Below, in pieces: positions 10,632 through 21,679 of a stretch of DNA of 64,000 nucleotides (positions within the stretch are counted from its first letter, which is position 1; each line of letters opens with the position of its first letter). A model generated the notes under the pieces. It saw only the letters and a list, made by a program, of their open reading frames with translations, did no database searches and had not been told where the DNA came from. Location: assembly GCA_944368975.1 (NCBI GenBank), contig CALVXI010000002.1, positions 111,110 to 175,109 of the forward strand, in the 5' to 3' direction. Position numbers and translations under genes: made by a program. This stretch comes from an uncultured Bacilli bacterium (lineage in GTDB: Bacteria; Bacillota_I; Bacilli_A; RFN20; CAG-826).

Positions 10632-12482
10632 ATGAAAAAGAAAGGACTTGTAGTTTGGACAACTCTAGCTATCATCTCGATTGTAGTTTTAGTTGTTGGC
10701 TTTGCATTTTCTGGAATAGCAGAATGTGTTGGCCTTTATACAAGCTATGCTGAAAAATTCGAAGGTGCTATCTCTATTAGTAGCATCGCTGATCCAATTA
10801 TTTTTGCTTATAACCGTTTCTTTGGTGGCAATTTTAGTTGGAACTGGACTACCGGGCTAACAATTGGAATTTTAGCTATTTTCGTTATTGCTGAAATTTG
10901 CTTAATTATTGCCTTAATTGCAAAGAAGAAATCTAAATATGCTGGTTATCCATTTTATATTTTGGTAGTTACATTTTTAGGTCTTTATGTTAGTTGGTAT
11001 GTTTTAGATACAACTATTGTTACCCCAAGTATTGCAAGACAACTTGTTACTAGTGGAAGTGACTATTTTGATATTCTATTATTTAAATTTAGATTTATAG
11101 TAGAACAAGCAAATGGTCAAACTCAACAAGTTGCTAATTACTTTATCAGCGTTTGGTTCTATGTATTTTTACTTGGCGTTTTATTAACTTTAATCACTGC
11201 TCTTGGTACAGGATTTACTTGCTTTGCTTATACCTTACAAACAAAGAAAGAAGCTAAACCTCAACCTGTTGAAGTTAAAGAAGAACCTGTTGCTACATTT
11301 GAAGCTCCAGAAGTTAAAGAAGAACCTACACCAGTTGTTAAGAAAAAGAAAGTTGTTCTTGTTGTTAAAAGATATGATTCTTTTAAAGATGTTAAAGAAC
11401 CAGTAATTGAAAAAGTTACTGAATATCCACATGAAAAAATTGAAGTTAAGCCATTAACTATTGAAGATATTCGTGCTGCTTTAAAAGATGAATTAGATGC
11501 TCGTGAAGCAAAAGAGAGAAAAGACGTAAATTTTAATAATGAGATTGTTCATGAAGAAGTTTCAACTCCTAAAAAAGAAGCAATCTCAGTATCAGAAAGC
11601 GATATAACTAAAGAAGTTAAAGAAACTCCTCAAATTCCTACACCTGTTATAATTGCTATTCCTGAACCTATTAAGGAAGAAGATGTTAAACCTACTCCAA
11701 AAAAAGAAGAGGTTATTAAAGAACCTTCTTTAAATAAAGATCAAGTTCGAGATATTATTCGTGATGAACTTGCAAAGGCACTTGATGAAATTAAAAACCA
11801 AGAGCCAGAAATCGAAGAAGAGATTTTTGAAGAAACACGTGAAGTTCCAGTAAAAGTTATTGAAAAAATTCACGAAAAAATTGTTGAAAAACCTGTAGAA
11901 GTTGAAAAAATTGTTGAAAAACCTGTTGAAGTTATTAAAGAGGTTTATGTTGAAAAGCCTGTCGAAACTCCAAAGGTTGAAGAACCAAAAGTTGAAGAAA
12001 CAGCGGCTACTCCATCTGAAGAGGCAGAAGCTGAAGAATCTCCAAAAATTGAAAGAATTCCATTTGCAACCCGAATTAGAGAAGCAGATGATGAAATGAA
12101 AGATAATTATAATCACATTAAATCATTGCTATTAAGTTATGGGCTTAAAAATAGAACTAGTAATGGTGGAGACGCTTTTAGATTACATAAAGTAACTTAT
12201 TGTAAGATTACCGTTGCTGGTAAATCATTAAAACTTTATTTAGCTCTCGACCCAAATGATTATAAGAATTCAACTTTACCTATTAAAGATGCTTCAAGTA
12301 AAGAAATTTACAAAGATATTCCTTTAGTATTTAAAGTTAAAAGCGGATTATCATTAAGAAGAGCTGAACAACTTATTACTGAAATGATGGATAAACATGG
12401 TATCGAACAAGCTGATCGTGTTGAAGTTAAAGATTATGCTTCTACTTTAACAGAAACTTCTGATGATACCGATGAAGATTAG
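10632..12482 (+). CDS. Membrane protein: N-terminal polytopic domain, K/E/P/V-rich repeat linker, conserved C-terminal basic domain (paralog 1)
   Basis: RBS AAGGAGG. Several TM helices. 30-nt tandem coding repeat at 11874-11933. The C-terminal ~120 aa align with the next gene. Confidence 0.85.
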   Translation: MKKKGLVVWTTLAIISIVVLVVGFAFSGIAECVGLYTSYAEKFEGAISISSIADPIIFAYNRFFGGNFSWNWTTGLTIGILAIFVIAEICLIIALIAKKKSKYAGYPFYILVVTFLGLYVSWYVLDTTIVTPSIARQLVTSGSDYFDILLFKFRFIVEQANGQTQQVANYFISVWFYVFLLGVLLTLITALGTGFTCFAYTLQTKKEAKPQPVEVKEEPVATFEAPEVKEEPTPVVKKKKVVLVVKRYDSFKDVKEPVIEKVTEYPHEKIEVKPLTIEDIRAALKDELDAREAKERKDVNFNNEIVHEEVSTPKKEAISVSESDITKEVKETPQIPTPVIIAIPEPIKEEDVKPTPKKEEVIKEPSLNKDQVRDIIRDELAKALDEIKNQEPEIEEEIFEETREVPVKVIEKIHEKIVEKPVEVEKIVEKPVEVIKEVYVEKPVETPKVEEPKVEETAATPSEEAEAEESPKIERIPFATRIREADDEMKDNYNHIKSLLLSYGLKNRTSNGGDAFRLHKVTYCKITVAGKSLKLYLALDPNDYKNSTLPIKDASSKEIYKDIPLVFKVKSGLSLRRAEQLITEMMDKHGIEQADRVEVKDYASTLTETSDDTDED

Positions 12483-12500
12483 TTCTGGAGGCAGATTATT

Positions 12501-15005
12501 ATGAAAAAATCTAAATTAATTGGTTGGCCTATAGTACTTATTATCTCACTTGCTTTAATCGTTGTTGGATTATGGCTTGGATTTACAAAACAAGGTTTAA
12601 ACCTTATCGGCTATGATAGTACAGCTGGTTACCCATATTATGTTGCACAAAGTTTTGGCGGTTCAGAAAATATTTTAAGCTTACTTAGCACATTAGTACT
12701 TGAAAGTTTTGTTGGATTATTTGTCTTTGATGCTTCAATTAACATTATTAGTATTGCTTGTTACTGTATTATTGGTTTAAGCATTATCTTAATTATTATT
12801 CAATTAATTACTTATATTCATTCAAAGAAACCTTCAATGATTCTTTGGATTATTGTAACTTTATTATTTGCTTTTGGTGGAAGCTTGGTTTGTGCTTTAT
12901 CAAAAGAATACTTTGGAGTTAATGGAGAATTATTTGCTGATAGCTTAAATGCTCCTGAAGGTAGTGGAACTAATGGATCAATTACTATTAAAACTACTTT
13001 ATTATTCCAAAATGAAGGATTACATGGCATTTTACTTTCAATCTTTGCCTATATAGTTTTACTTGGAATCTTATTATTTGTTATTAGTTCACTTGTTATT
13101 TTAATTCAAACATTAGTTTATGCTTCAAGTCATAAACTTGATAAATATTTTAAACAACATCCAGAACTCGCTAAAGCAAATACACATCCATCTATCGGAT
13201 TTGATAATGGAGAAGCTGCAATTGGTGGTTCTACTAATAATATTAATACTGTAGGTAATTCTTCCCCATTAGTTATTCAATATATTAATAGTTATGGCAC
13301 TAATGATGCACCTATCGCTTCAAAGCCACAATGCTGTGAAGGATATAAGGAAACTCCTACCGAACCAAATGGTGAATGTTGTCATAAAAAAGAAGGACAT
13401 GTACCTCCAATGTATGGATATCCATATCCTCCAATGTATGGCTACCCTTATCCACCTTATCCTTATCCACCAATGATGCCTCAACAACCTCATAATGAAG
13501 GTAAAGTTGAAGAGAATGATGAAAAACCTTTAACAAAATCAGATTTAAAAGAAGTTATTAATGAAACAATAGCTGAATTAAAGAAGGCTGATGAAGAAAA
13601 AGAAGTTGTTGAAGAAAGAGTTTATCAAAATGAGGATGGCGAAGAATTAGAATATGTCGACTTAGATGAGTTAAAAGAAATGATTAAAACTCAAATCAAG
13701 GAAGCTGTTGATGAATTTACACCCATTCAAGTAGAGCCTCAAAAAGATGAACCAAAGGAGGATCCCACGATAAATCCTGCCGAAACAACAGGTTATGCTG
13801 AAGAACCTCGCTTAGAAGAAAAAGTAGTTGAGACTCCTACATTTATTGAAACAAAAGAACCTGAAACTAAAGTTGAAGTTACAACTCCAATAGTTGTTGC
13901 TGTTCCAAGTAAAGCTATTGAAGAAGATCTTCCAGAAGAACCTGAAGTAAGCGAAGAAGCTGTTGAAGAAACATTAACTGAAGAAGAAGTTCGTAGTTTA
14001 ATAAGTGAAGAACTTAAAGAAGCTTTAAAAGATTTCTCTAAACCAAAGAAAAAGAGAATCATTCACAAAATTACTAATCATGAAGTTCCAGAATATGAAA
14101 CTCAAATTATAAAAGATGATGAAGTAACAACAAGTGAAACAACTGAAGCTAAAGAAGAAAAAGTTGAAGAAGTAACTCCTACAACTTCTGAAACTACTAA
14201 AACTGAAGAAGAAAAAGTTGAAACTGCTCCTGCTGAAGTGATTTCAGAAGAAAAACCTCAAGAAGTTGAAACTACTTCTTTAGAAAAAGAAGAAAAACCT
14301 ATCGAAACAGAAGTTTCTGAAACTAAGGTTGAAGAAACTCCTACTCAAGATGTTATTGAAGATAAAATAGATAGTGAACCTAAACCTACTGAAGTCTCTT
14401 TACCTAAAGAAGAGCAACCTCAAGAAGTAAAAGTCGAGGAACCTAAGACTACTGAACCTGTTATTGAAGAAGTTAAAGAAGAAAAGACTGAAGTCGAAGA
14501 AAAGAAAGCTCCTGTGAAACAAGAACCACGTGGAAAAGAAGCTGAAATTGAAAAAGGCGAAGTCATTAGACTTAATTTCTTTGAAAGAATTGTTTCTGGC
14601 GATGAAATTTTAAAGAATAATTATCAATCAATTAAAGCGTTATTAATGAGCTATGGCTTAAAAGATCGTATCTCAAGTACTGGTGATACATTTAGATTAC
14701 ATAAAGTCACTTATGCTAAGATTACTGCTTTAGGAGATTCTTTAAAGATTTACTTAGCTCTTGATCCAAAGGATTATTATTCAACTGCCTTACCTGTTCA
14801 AGATGTCAGTAAGAAAGATGCATATAAAGATATTCCTTTAGCCTTTAAGATTAGAAGTGATCTTTCTCTTAGAAGAGCTAATGAACTTATTCTCGCAGCA
14901 ATGCGTAAAGCTGGATTTGAACCAATTCCTGATTTTACACCTGAAGATTATGTAAAAGAAATTGAAGGTATTATTGCCAAGAATAAAGAAAAAGAATCTA
15001 AATAA
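12501..15005 (+). CDS. Membrane protein paralog 2 (same architecture, longer acidic linker, PPMYGYPYP repeats)
   Basis: RBS GGAGG. The N-terminal TM domain and the C-terminal domain (FRLHKVTYAKIT...LKIYLALDP...YKDIPLAFK...LSLRRA) are homologous to 10632-12482. Confidence 0.85.
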   Translation: MKKSKLIGWPIVLIISLALIVVGLWLGFTKQGLNLIGYDSTAGYPYYVAQSFGGSENILSLLSTLVLESFVGLFVFDASINIISIACYCIIGLSIILIIIQLITYIHSKKPSMILWIIVTLLFAFGGSLVCALSKEYFGVNGELFADSLNAPEGSGTNGSITIKTTLLFQNEGLHGILLSIFAYIVLLGILLFVISSLVILIQTLVYASSHKLDKYFKQHPELAKANTHPSIGFDNGEAAIGGSTNNINTVGNSSPLVIQYINSYGTNDAPIASKPQCCEGYKETPTEPNGECCHKKEGHVPPMYGYPYPPMYGYPYPPYPYPPMMPQQPHNEGKVEENDEKPLTKSDLKEVINETIAELKKADEEKEVVEERVYQNEDGEELEYVDLDELKEMIKTQIKEAVDEFTPIQVEPQKDEPKEDPTINPAETTGYAEEPRLEEKVVETPTFIETKEPETKVEVTTPIVVAVPSKAIEEDLPEEPEVSEEAVEETLTEEEVRSLISEELKEALKDFSKPKKKRIIHKITNHEVPEYETQIIKDDEVTTSETTEAKEEKVEEVTPTTSETTKTEEEKVETAPAEVISEEKPQEVETTSLEKEEKPIETEVSETKVEETPTQDVIEDKIDSEPKPTEVSLPKEEQPQEVKVEEPKTTEPVIEEVKEEKTEVEEKKAPVKQEPRGKEAEIEKGEVIRLNFFERIVSGDEILKNNYQSIKALLMSYGLKDRISSTGDTFRLHKVTYAKITALGDSLKIYLALDPKDYYSTALPVQDVSKKDAYKDIPLAFKIRSDLSLRRANELILAAMRKAGFEPIPDFTPEDYVKEIEGIIAKNKEKESK

Positions 15006-15030
15006 TTTAAGTCCTTAATTTTCATGTTTA

Positions 15031-15058
15031 AAAAGTACTAACTTTGTTAGTACTTTTT
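15031..15058 (+). terminator. Intrinsic terminator
   Basis: Stem AAAAGTACTAAC/GTTAGTACTTTT followed by a T-run. Confidence 0.8.
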
Positions 15059-15078
15059 CTATATTAATAACTTTTATT

Positions 15079-15088
15079 TTGCTATAAT
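15079..15088 (+). promoter_or_regulatory. Extended -10 promoter element TTGCTATAAT upstream of tdk
   Basis: TGnTATAAT-type element 20 nt upstream of the tdk start. The same 10-mer precedes tRNA-Leu and tRNA-Ser. Confidence 0.5.
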
Positions 15089-15108
15089 CATCTAAGAGGT
15101 GACTTTAT

Positions 15109-15687
15109 ATGGGATATGATGATATTTTAGGTGGAAGAATAGAAGTTATTACTGGACCAATGTTTGCTGGTAAGAGTGAAGAATTAATAAGAAGAATAAA
15201 TAGATTAAAATATGCCAAAAAGAATTTTTTAGTTTTCAAACCTTTATTAGATGATCGTTATAGTGAAACTGAAGTAGTTTCTCATCGCAATCGTCGTGAA
15301 AAATCAATTCCAATTAGTAAACCTGAAGAAATTTATAATTATTTAAAAGAAAATACCGAAGTTATTTGTATTGATGAAGTCCAATTTTTTGATGAAAAAA
15401 TAATCGATATTATTGATGAATTAGCAAATAAGGGATTACGTATAATTGTTTCTGGCCTTGATACAGATTTTAAAGGAAATCCATTTATGGTCACTGCTAA
15501 ATTACTTGCAAAGGCTGAATTTGTAACAAAATTAACAGCAATTTGTGCAAAATGTGGAAAAGAAGCAACAATGACCCAAAGATTAATTAATGGTCAAATA
15601 CCTAGTGTCAATGATGAAGTAATTTTGGTTGGTGCAAGCGAGTCTTACGAACCTAGATGTCGTCATTGTCACGAAGTTAAAAAATAA
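15109..15687 (+). CDS. tdk: Thymidine kinase
   Basis: GPMFAGKSEELIRR P-loop and C-terminal Zn-ribbon CxxC...CRHC. Confidence 0.95.
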   Translation: MGYDDILGGRIEVITGPMFAGKSEELIRRINRLKYAKKNFLVFKPLLDDRYSETEVVSHRNRREKSIPISKPEEIYNYLKENTEVICIDEVQFFDEKIIDIIDELANKGLRIIVSGLDTDFKGNPFMVTAKLLAKAEFVTKLTAICAKCGKEATMTQRLINGQIPSVNDEVILVGASESYEPRCRHCHEVKK

Positions 15688-15798
15688 TTACTGAAAAACT
15701 ACTAAAATAGTTCATTTTTAAAGGTTTTTTGAGTTCATAATAAAAAGTTATTTACATTATGATATTCTTTTTTTGAACCGTGCTGAAGGAGAATAAAT

Positions 15799-18117
15799 AT
15801 GGAAAAAATTATTAAACGTGATGGTAGAAGAGTCAAATTTGATAAAAAGAAAATTTACAACGCTTTATATAAAGCATTTGCATCACTTGATATAAATGAT
15901 GATTATTTAATTAATGAAATAACTAATGAGGTTGTTGACAATATTGATGTTCGTTTTGAAAATAAAATACCAAAAGTTGAAGATATTCAAGATGAAATTG
16001 AAAAAGTTTTAATTGAATATAATGAAGCTGAAGTTGCTAAAGCATATATTCTTTATAGAGCTGAACGTACTCGCTTTAGAGAAAGCAAAACCCATTTGAT
16101 GGCAACATTGCATGATATAACTTTTAAAGATGCTAAAGATAATGACACAAAAAGAGAAAATGCTAATATTGATGGTGATACAGCAATGGGAACCATGCTT
16201 CGTTATGGGAGTGAAGCAGCTAAAGAATTTTATTTAAATAATGTCATTGATCCACGTTTTGCTAATGCTCATCGTAATGGTGATATTCATATTCACGATA
16301 TGGATTTTTATACATTAACATTAACATGTTGTCAAATTGATATTTTGGAATTATTCAAACATGGATTTTCAACAGGACACGGTTTTTTAAGAGAACCTCA
16401 ATCAATTAGAAGTTATGCCTCTTTAGCTTGTATTGCAATTCAAGCAAATCAAAATGATATGCATGGTGGCCAATCAATTCCAAATTTTGATTATGGAATG
16501 GCCCCAGGTGTTATTAAAACATACCGTAAAGCAATTGTTAGAAATTTAGTATTAATTTTATCACTTTATGTCGATCATATATGTAAAGACGAAGCTAAAG
16601 AAATAATAAAACTTGCTGAAGAAAAGTCTCAAGATGAATGCCGCATCGGACATGAAAAATTTAATAAAGCATTACTAGAAGTTATAAATGAAAAATATGG
16701 TGAAATTAAAGATTTAGAACGTTTAGTTAATTACATTTTACAAGTCTCTTATAATGAAACTCGTGAAGAAACTTATCAAGCGATGGAAGCTTTAATTCAT
16801 AATTTAAATACAATGCATAGTAGAGCTGGTGCCCAAGTTCCATTTTCAAGTTTAAATTACGGAACTGATACTAGCGTTGAAGGAAGAATGGTTATTGATT
16901 GTCTTTTAGATGCAACATTAGCTGGATTAGGCGATGGCGAAACACCTATTTTCCCTATTCAAATATTTAAATTAAAAGAAGGTGTTAGCTATAATAAAGA
17001 AGATCCTAACTATGACTTATTTAAGAAAGCTATTCGAGTTAGCGGTGCAAGACTATTCCCTAATTTCAGTTTCCTTGATGCCCCTTATAATCTTCAATAT
17101 TATAAAAAAGGTGATTATAAAAGTGAGATTTCCTATATGGGGTGTAGAACTAGAGTTATGGGAAATGTCGATAAAACTAAAGAGATTACAACCGGTAGAG
17201 GTAATTTAAGTTTTACATCAATTAATTTGCCTCGTCTTGGTATAGAGCATAAAGGTAATATTGATGCTTTTTATAAAGATCTCGATAACAAGATGGATTT
17301 AGTTAAAGATCAACTTCTTGAAAGATTTAAAATTCAATGTCAAAAGAAAGTTTTTAATTTCCCTTTTCTTATGGGTCAACATATTTGGCTAGATAGCGAT
17401 AAATTGAAATGGAATGATTCAATTGCTGATGTCATTCGACATGGTACATTAACAATTGGTTTTATTGGTCTTGCTGAATGTTTAAAAGCTCTTATTGGAA
17501 AACATCATGGAGAAAGTGAAGAAGCTCAAAAATTAGGTTTAGAAATCATTGGCCATATGAGAGAAAAAACCGATGAGTATACAAAAAAATATAACCTTAA
17601 TTTTAGCTTAATTGCTACACCTGCTGAAGGATTAAGTGGAAGATTTATTAAAATTGATAAGAAAAAATATGGGATTATTGAAGGGGTAACTGATAGAGAC
17701 TATTATACTAACTCATTCCATGTTCCAGTTTATTATAATATTTCGATTTTTGACAAGATTAAAATTGAAGGTCCATATAATGCCTTAACTAATGGTGGAC
17801 ATATTACATATGTTGAAGTTGATGGTGATGTTGCTAAAAACGAACAAGCTTTTGAAAAAATTATTAGATGTATGCACGATAATGGTGTTGGTTATGGTTC
17901 TATTAATCACCCAGTAGATAGAGATCCTGTTTGTGGATATAACGGAATTATAGATGAGGTTTGTCCAAAGTGTGGACGTCATGAAGATGGTGATGTTAAA
18001 TTTGAAAGAATAAGAAGAATTACTGGTTATTTAGTTGGAACTTTAGATCGATTTAATGATGCAAAAAAAGAAGAAGTAACTCAAAGAGTAAAACATTTAA
18101 CGAAGGAAAATATTTAA
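15799..18117 (+). CDS. nrdD: Anaerobic ribonucleoside-triphosphate reductase (class III)
   Basis: N-terminal ATP-cone, C-terminal Zn site CPKCG, glycyl-radical region RRITGYLV. Followed by nrdG. Confidence 0.93.
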   Translation: MEKIIKRDGRRVKFDKKKIYNALYKAFASLDINDDYLINEITNEVVDNIDVRFENKIPKVEDIQDEIEKVLIEYNEAEVAKAYILYRAERTRFRESKTHLMATLHDITFKDAKDNDTKRENANIDGDTAMGTMLRYGSEAAKEFYLNNVIDPRFANAHRNGDIHIHDMDFYTLTLTCCQIDILELFKHGFSTGHGFLREPQSIRSYASLACIAIQANQNDMHGGQSIPNFDYGMAPGVIKTYRKAIVRNLVLILSLYVDHICKDEAKEIIKLAEEKSQDECRIGHEKFNKALLEVINEKYGEIKDLERLVNYILQVSYNETREETYQAMEALIHNLNTMHSRAGAQVPFSSLNYGTDTSVEGRMVIDCLLDATLAGLGDGETPIFPIQIFKLKEGVSYNKEDPNYDLFKKAIRVSGARLFPNFSFLDAPYNLQYYKKGDYKSEISYMGCRTRVMGNVDKTKEITTGRGNLSFTSINLPRLGIEHKGNIDAFYKDLDNKMDLVKDQLLERFKIQCQKKVFNFPFLMGQHIWLDSDKLKWNDSIADVIRHGTLTIGFIGLAECLKALIGKHHGESEEAQKLGLEIIGHMREKTDEYTKKYNLNFSLIATPAEGLSGRFIKIDKKKYGIIEGVTDRDYYTNSFHVPVYYNISIFDKIKIEGPYNALTNGGHITYVEVDGDVAKNEQAFEKIIRCMHDNGVGYGSINHPVDRDPVCGYNGIIDEVCPKCGRHEDGDVKFERIRRITGYLVGTLDRFNDAKKEEVTQRVKHLTKENI

Positions 18118-18641
18118 TGCCAGATTATGTCCGTATAGCTAGTGTAATTGATGATTCCATTGTAGATGGACCCGGCATACGCATGACCATATTTTTTCAA
18201 GGTTGTGCTCATAATTGTGCAGGCTGTTTTAATCCTGAAACATGGGATTTTGATAAAGGACATCTTTGTGATATAAAGAAAATATATAACGCCGCAATGG
18301 AAAATCCATTACTTAGTGGAATAACTTTAAGTGGTGGAGACCCAATTTATCAAGTAAGTAATGCTTTAAAATTGATAGAATTATTTGAAAACACAAATCT
18401 CGATATTATTTGTTACACTGGTTTTACAATCGAAGAATTGTTCGAAATGGAAAAAAATAATAAGGATTTGCAAGCTTTTTTAAGAAAAATCGATTATTTA
18501 ATTGATGGTAAATTCGATATTACTAAAAAAGATATTAGCTTAAAATTTCGAGGATCATCGAATCAACGAATTATTGATATGAAGAAAACTTTTAAAGAGA
18601 ATAAAATAATCACTACAGATTTTAGTGATTATTCAAACTAG
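18117..18641 (+). CDS. nrdG: Anaerobic RNR activating radical-SAM protein
   Basis: GPGIRMTIFFQGCAHNCAGCFNPETW motif. TAATG overlap with nrdD. Confidence 0.92.
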   Translation: MPDYVRIASVIDDSIVDGPGIRMTIFFQGCAHNCAGCFNPETWDFDKGHLCDIKKIYNAAMENPLLSGITLSGGDPIYQVSNALKLIELFENTNLDIICYTGFTIEELFEMEKNNKDLQAFLRKIDYLIDGKFDITKKDISLKFRGSSNQRIIDMKKTFKENKIITTDFSDYSN

Positions 18642-19164
18642 TTATTTTATTTAGATACGTTTTATATATTATTTCTGTAATTTCATTAATTGATAATTTT
18701 TCGCTATTAATTTTATAGTCATAACCTTCTAAATTTAAAAAACGAGACCTATCTAATTTAATTCTTTCATTAATAGATTCAGGATTATCTAAACGAGCTT
18801 TCATCCTATTAATTCTTGTTTCTTCATCACATTCTAAATAAAAAGAAATGATGCTAGGAATATTTAATTTATTAAATGCCTTTAAGCCATCTGGTTCAAG
18901 TATTAAAACTGTATTTAAATTAATTTCATTTTTGGTCGTCCCATAATAATTATTATTATAAATTGTATATTCGATAAAATTATCATTTTTAATATTTTCT
19001 TTAAATTGGTCTAAAGTTATAAAATGATAGTCAATATCTTCAATTTCATTCACTCTTTTTGGTCTAGTTGTAGTAGTAACGAATTTTTTAAAACCATATT
19101 TGTAACATAACGCTTTACAAATTTCTGTTTTACCGCTTGCACTAGGCCCTACTAAAATAATCAT
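18622..19164 (-). CDS. gmk: Guanylate kinase
   Basis: Motifs GPSASGKTE, TTTRPKRVNEIEDIDYHF and YYGT. Confidence 0.8.
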   Translation of the reverse strand: MIILVGPSASGKTEICKALCYKYGFKKFVTTTTRPKRVNEIEDIDYHFITLDQFKENIKNDNFIEYTIYNNNYYGTTKNEINLNTVLILEPDGLKAFNKLNIPSIISFYLECDEETRINRMKARLDNPESINERIKLDRSRFLNLEGYDYKINSEKLSINEITEIIYKTYLNKITSLNNH

Positions 19165-19272
19165 GAGTTTATACTATTATAAAAATTAACGAAATTAAAG
19201 CCATTTTTATTTTTTATTAAAGAGTATTTTGATATAATTTTTTAGTAAAAATTATATTTACGAGGTTAAGTT

Positions 19273-21678
19273 ATGAATTATGATTTTCAAAATATTGAGA
19301 AAAAATGGCTAAAAGTATGGTTAGAACGAAAAGAATATAAATGTAATACTGAAGATTTTTCAAAACCAAAGTATTATGTTTTAGATATGTTCCCATATCC
19401 TAGTGGTCAAGGATTACACGTTGGACATCCTGAAGGATATACTGCTACTGATATCATCGCAAGAATGAAAAGAATGCAAGGATTTAATGTTCTTCATCCA
19501 ATTGGCTATGATGCCTTTGGTTTACCTGCTGAACAATATTCAATTAAGATGAATGAACATCCAGAAAAATTTACTTTACGTAATATCGATAATTTTAGAA
19601 GACAAATTCAAATGCTTGGTTTTAGTTATGATTATGATCGTGAAATAAGAACATGTGATCCTAAATATTATAAATGGACTCAATGGATTTTTGCTAATAT
19701 GTTCAGTGATAACTTAGCTTATGTTGATTATAAACCAGTAAATTTTTGTCCTGAATTAGGAACAGTTTTAGCTAATGAGGAAGTAATTAATGGTAAAAGT
19801 GAACGTGGTGGCTATGATGTTATAAGAATGCCTATGCGTCAATGGATGCTTAAAATAACTTCTTATGCTGATAGACTCGAGGAAGATTTAAAAGATTTAG
19901 ATTGGCCAAATTCAACAAAAGAAATGCAAAAGAATTGGATAGGAAAATCTAAAGGAACTATCGTTAATTTTCAAGTTAAAGGAACCGACTATACTTTTGA
20001 TGTTTTTACAACAAGAGCTGATACTCTTTTTGGTTGTAGTTATTGTTGCTTAGCTCCTGAACATCCATTAGTTAAAAAGATTGTCTCCAAAAATCAAGAA
20101 AAAGAAGTTAACGAATATATTGAAAAGGTTTCTCATAAATCTGATTTAGAACGAACAGAGTTAAATAAAGACAAGACTGGAGTATTTTTAGGTGCTTATG
20201 CCATTAATCCAATTAATAATGAGGAAGTTCCTATTTTTATAGCTGATTATGTTTTAGGAAGCTATGGAAGCGGAGCGGTTATGGCTGTTCCAGCTCATGA
20301 TGAAAGAGATTACGCATTTAGTAAAAAATATAACTTACCTATTAAAAAAATTATTGATTGTGATGTAACTGAAAATGCCTTTACTGAAGATGGTCCTCAC
20401 ATTAATAGTGACTTTATTAATGGCTTAAATATCGAAGAAGGAAAAAAGAAAATTACTGAAAAATTAATCGAATTAGGAAAAGGAAAATATAAAATTAACT
20501 ATAAGCTTCGTGATTGGCTTTTTTCAAGGCAAAGATATTGGGGAGAGCCTATTCCTATTTATACTTATGATGATACTAAAGAGATGGAAAGACTTAAAGA
20601 TAGCGAATTACCATTAGTTTTACCTGAACTTGATGAGTATAAACCTAGTGGTACAGGCGAATCACCTTTAGTTAATGCAAAAGATTGGGTTAATATTGTT
20701 GTTAATGGAAGAAAAGCAACAAGAGAAACTAACACAATGCCACAATGGGCTGGAAGTTGCTGGTATTATTTAAGATATATTGATCCAAATAATGATAACG
20801 AAATTGGACGTAAAGATTTACTAGATCATTGGTTACCTGTTGATTTATATATAGGTGGACAAGAACACGCTGTATTGCATTTATTATACGCAAGATTTTG
20901 GCATAAATACTTATATGACAAAGGCATTGTATCAACTAAAGAACCATTTAAAAAGCTTTTCCATCAAGGAATGATTTTAGGCGAAAATGGTGAAAAAATG
21001 TCTAAAAGTCGAGGAAATGTTATAAATCCAGATGATATTGTTAAAAATTTTGGTGCTGATAGCTTAAGACTTTATGAAATGTTTATGGGACCATTAGAAG
21101 ATAGTTTACCTTGGTCAAATAAAGGCTTAGAAGGTGCTAAAAGATTTATTGAAAGAGTCTTTAGACTTTATACCGAAGATGAATTTAAAAAACGTGTAAC
21201 AAAGAATAATAATGGATCACTTGATTACATTTATAATTATACAGTTAAGAAAGTAACGAATGATTTTGAAAATCTTCAATTTAACACTGCAATTTCTCAA
21301 ATGATGATTTTTGTAAATGAATTATATAAAGCCAATGAAATTTACGAAAAATATTATGTTGAATTTGTTAAATTATTTGATTGTGTCTGTCCTTTTGTTG
21401 GTGAAGAAATTTGGTCTATATTAGGACATAAAAATTTAATAACTTATGAAAAATGGCCAACTTATGATGAAAGTAAGTTAGTTTTAAATGTAATTAAAAT
21501 TGCTGTTCAAGTTAATGGAAAATTACGTGATACAATTGAAATTAATAAAGATGAAGATGAAGAAAAAGTTAAAGAAATTGCTTTAAAATCGGAAAATGTT
21601 ATTCGTCACACTGAAGGAAAAACGATTAAAAAAGTAATATATGTTAAAAATAAAATTGTAAATATAGTGGTTATTTAA
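19273..21678 (+). CDS. leuS: Leucyl-tRNA synthetase
   Basis: [16 protein letters not shown] (HIGH region), KMSKSRGN, 801 aa. Confidence 0.96.
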   Translation: MNYDFQNIEKKWLKVWLERKEYKCNTEDFSKPKYYVLDMFPYPSGQGLHVGHPEGYTATDIIARMKRMQGFNVLHPIGYDAFGLPAEQYSIKMNEHPEKFTLRNIDNFRRQIQMLGFSYDYDREIRTCDPKYYKWTQWIFANMFSDNLAYVDYKPVNFCPELGTVLANEEVINGKSERGGYDVIRMPMRQWMLKITSYADRLEEDLKDLDWPNSTKEMQKNWIGKSKGTIVNFQVKGTDYTFDVFTTRADTLFGCSYCCLAPEHPLVKKIVSKNQEKEVNEYIEKVSHKSDLERTELNKDKTGVFLGAYAINPINNEEVPIFIADYVLGSYGSGAVMAVPAHDERDYAFSKKYNLPIKKIIDCDVTENAFTEDGPHINSDFINGLNIEEGKKKITEKLIELGKGKYKINYKLRDWLFSRQRYWGEPIPIYTYDDTKEMERLKDSELPLVLPELDEYKPSGTGESPLVNAKDWVNIVVNGRKATRETNTMPQWAGSCWYYLRYIDPNNDNEIGRKDLLDHWLPVDLYIGGQEHAVLHLLYARFWHKYLYDKGIVSTKEPFKKLFHQGMILGENGEKMSKSRGNVINPDDIVKNFGADSLRLYEMFMGPLEDSLPWSNKGLEGAKRFIERVFRLYTEDEFKKRVTKNNNGSLDYIYNYTVKKVTNDFENLQFNTAISQMMIFVNELYKANEIYEKYYVEFVKLFDCVCPFVGEEIWSILGHKNLITYEKWPTYDESKLVLNVIKIAVQVNGKLRDTIEINKDEDEEKVKEIALKSENVIRHTEGKTIKKVIYVKNKIVNIVVI

Positions 21679-21679
21679 A

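Noticed and set aside
11874-11933. Possible CRISPR-like or tandem repeat arrays (30-nt repeat at 11874-11933; repeats at 13405-13475 and 14100-14300)
   Set aside because: The repeats are in-frame coding repeats of low-complexity protein linkers, with no spacer structure. No CRISPR array or cas gene is present in the window.
11203-12116. ORF-track entries 11203-11406(+), 11235-11432(-), 11730-12116(-) and 11902-12099(+) within the 616-aa gene
   Set aside because: These are alternative-frame or antisense readings of a K/E/P/V-rich repetitive coding region. Their products are low-complexity L/K or F/N strings with no RBS. The main frame has an RBS and a conserved paralog.
15688-15798. NrdR box upstream of nrdD
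   Set aside because: Only a direct AGTTCAT repeat 27 nt apart is visible. No palindrome matches the NrdR consensus (acaCwAtATaTwgtgt), and no nrdR gene is in the window.
18622-18641. The 20-nt convergent overlap of the nrdG and gmk 3' ends as a regulatory feature
   Set aside because: There is no hairpin or conserved element in the overlap. It is most simply explained by compact genome organisation, and alternative upstream stop choices are not available to test it here.
19165-19272. Possible T-box leaders upstream of leuS, trpS (47215-47305) and cysS
   Set aside because: The intergenic spaces are only about 90-110 nt, too short for a T-box riboswitch. No specifier-loop or T-box consensus was seen.
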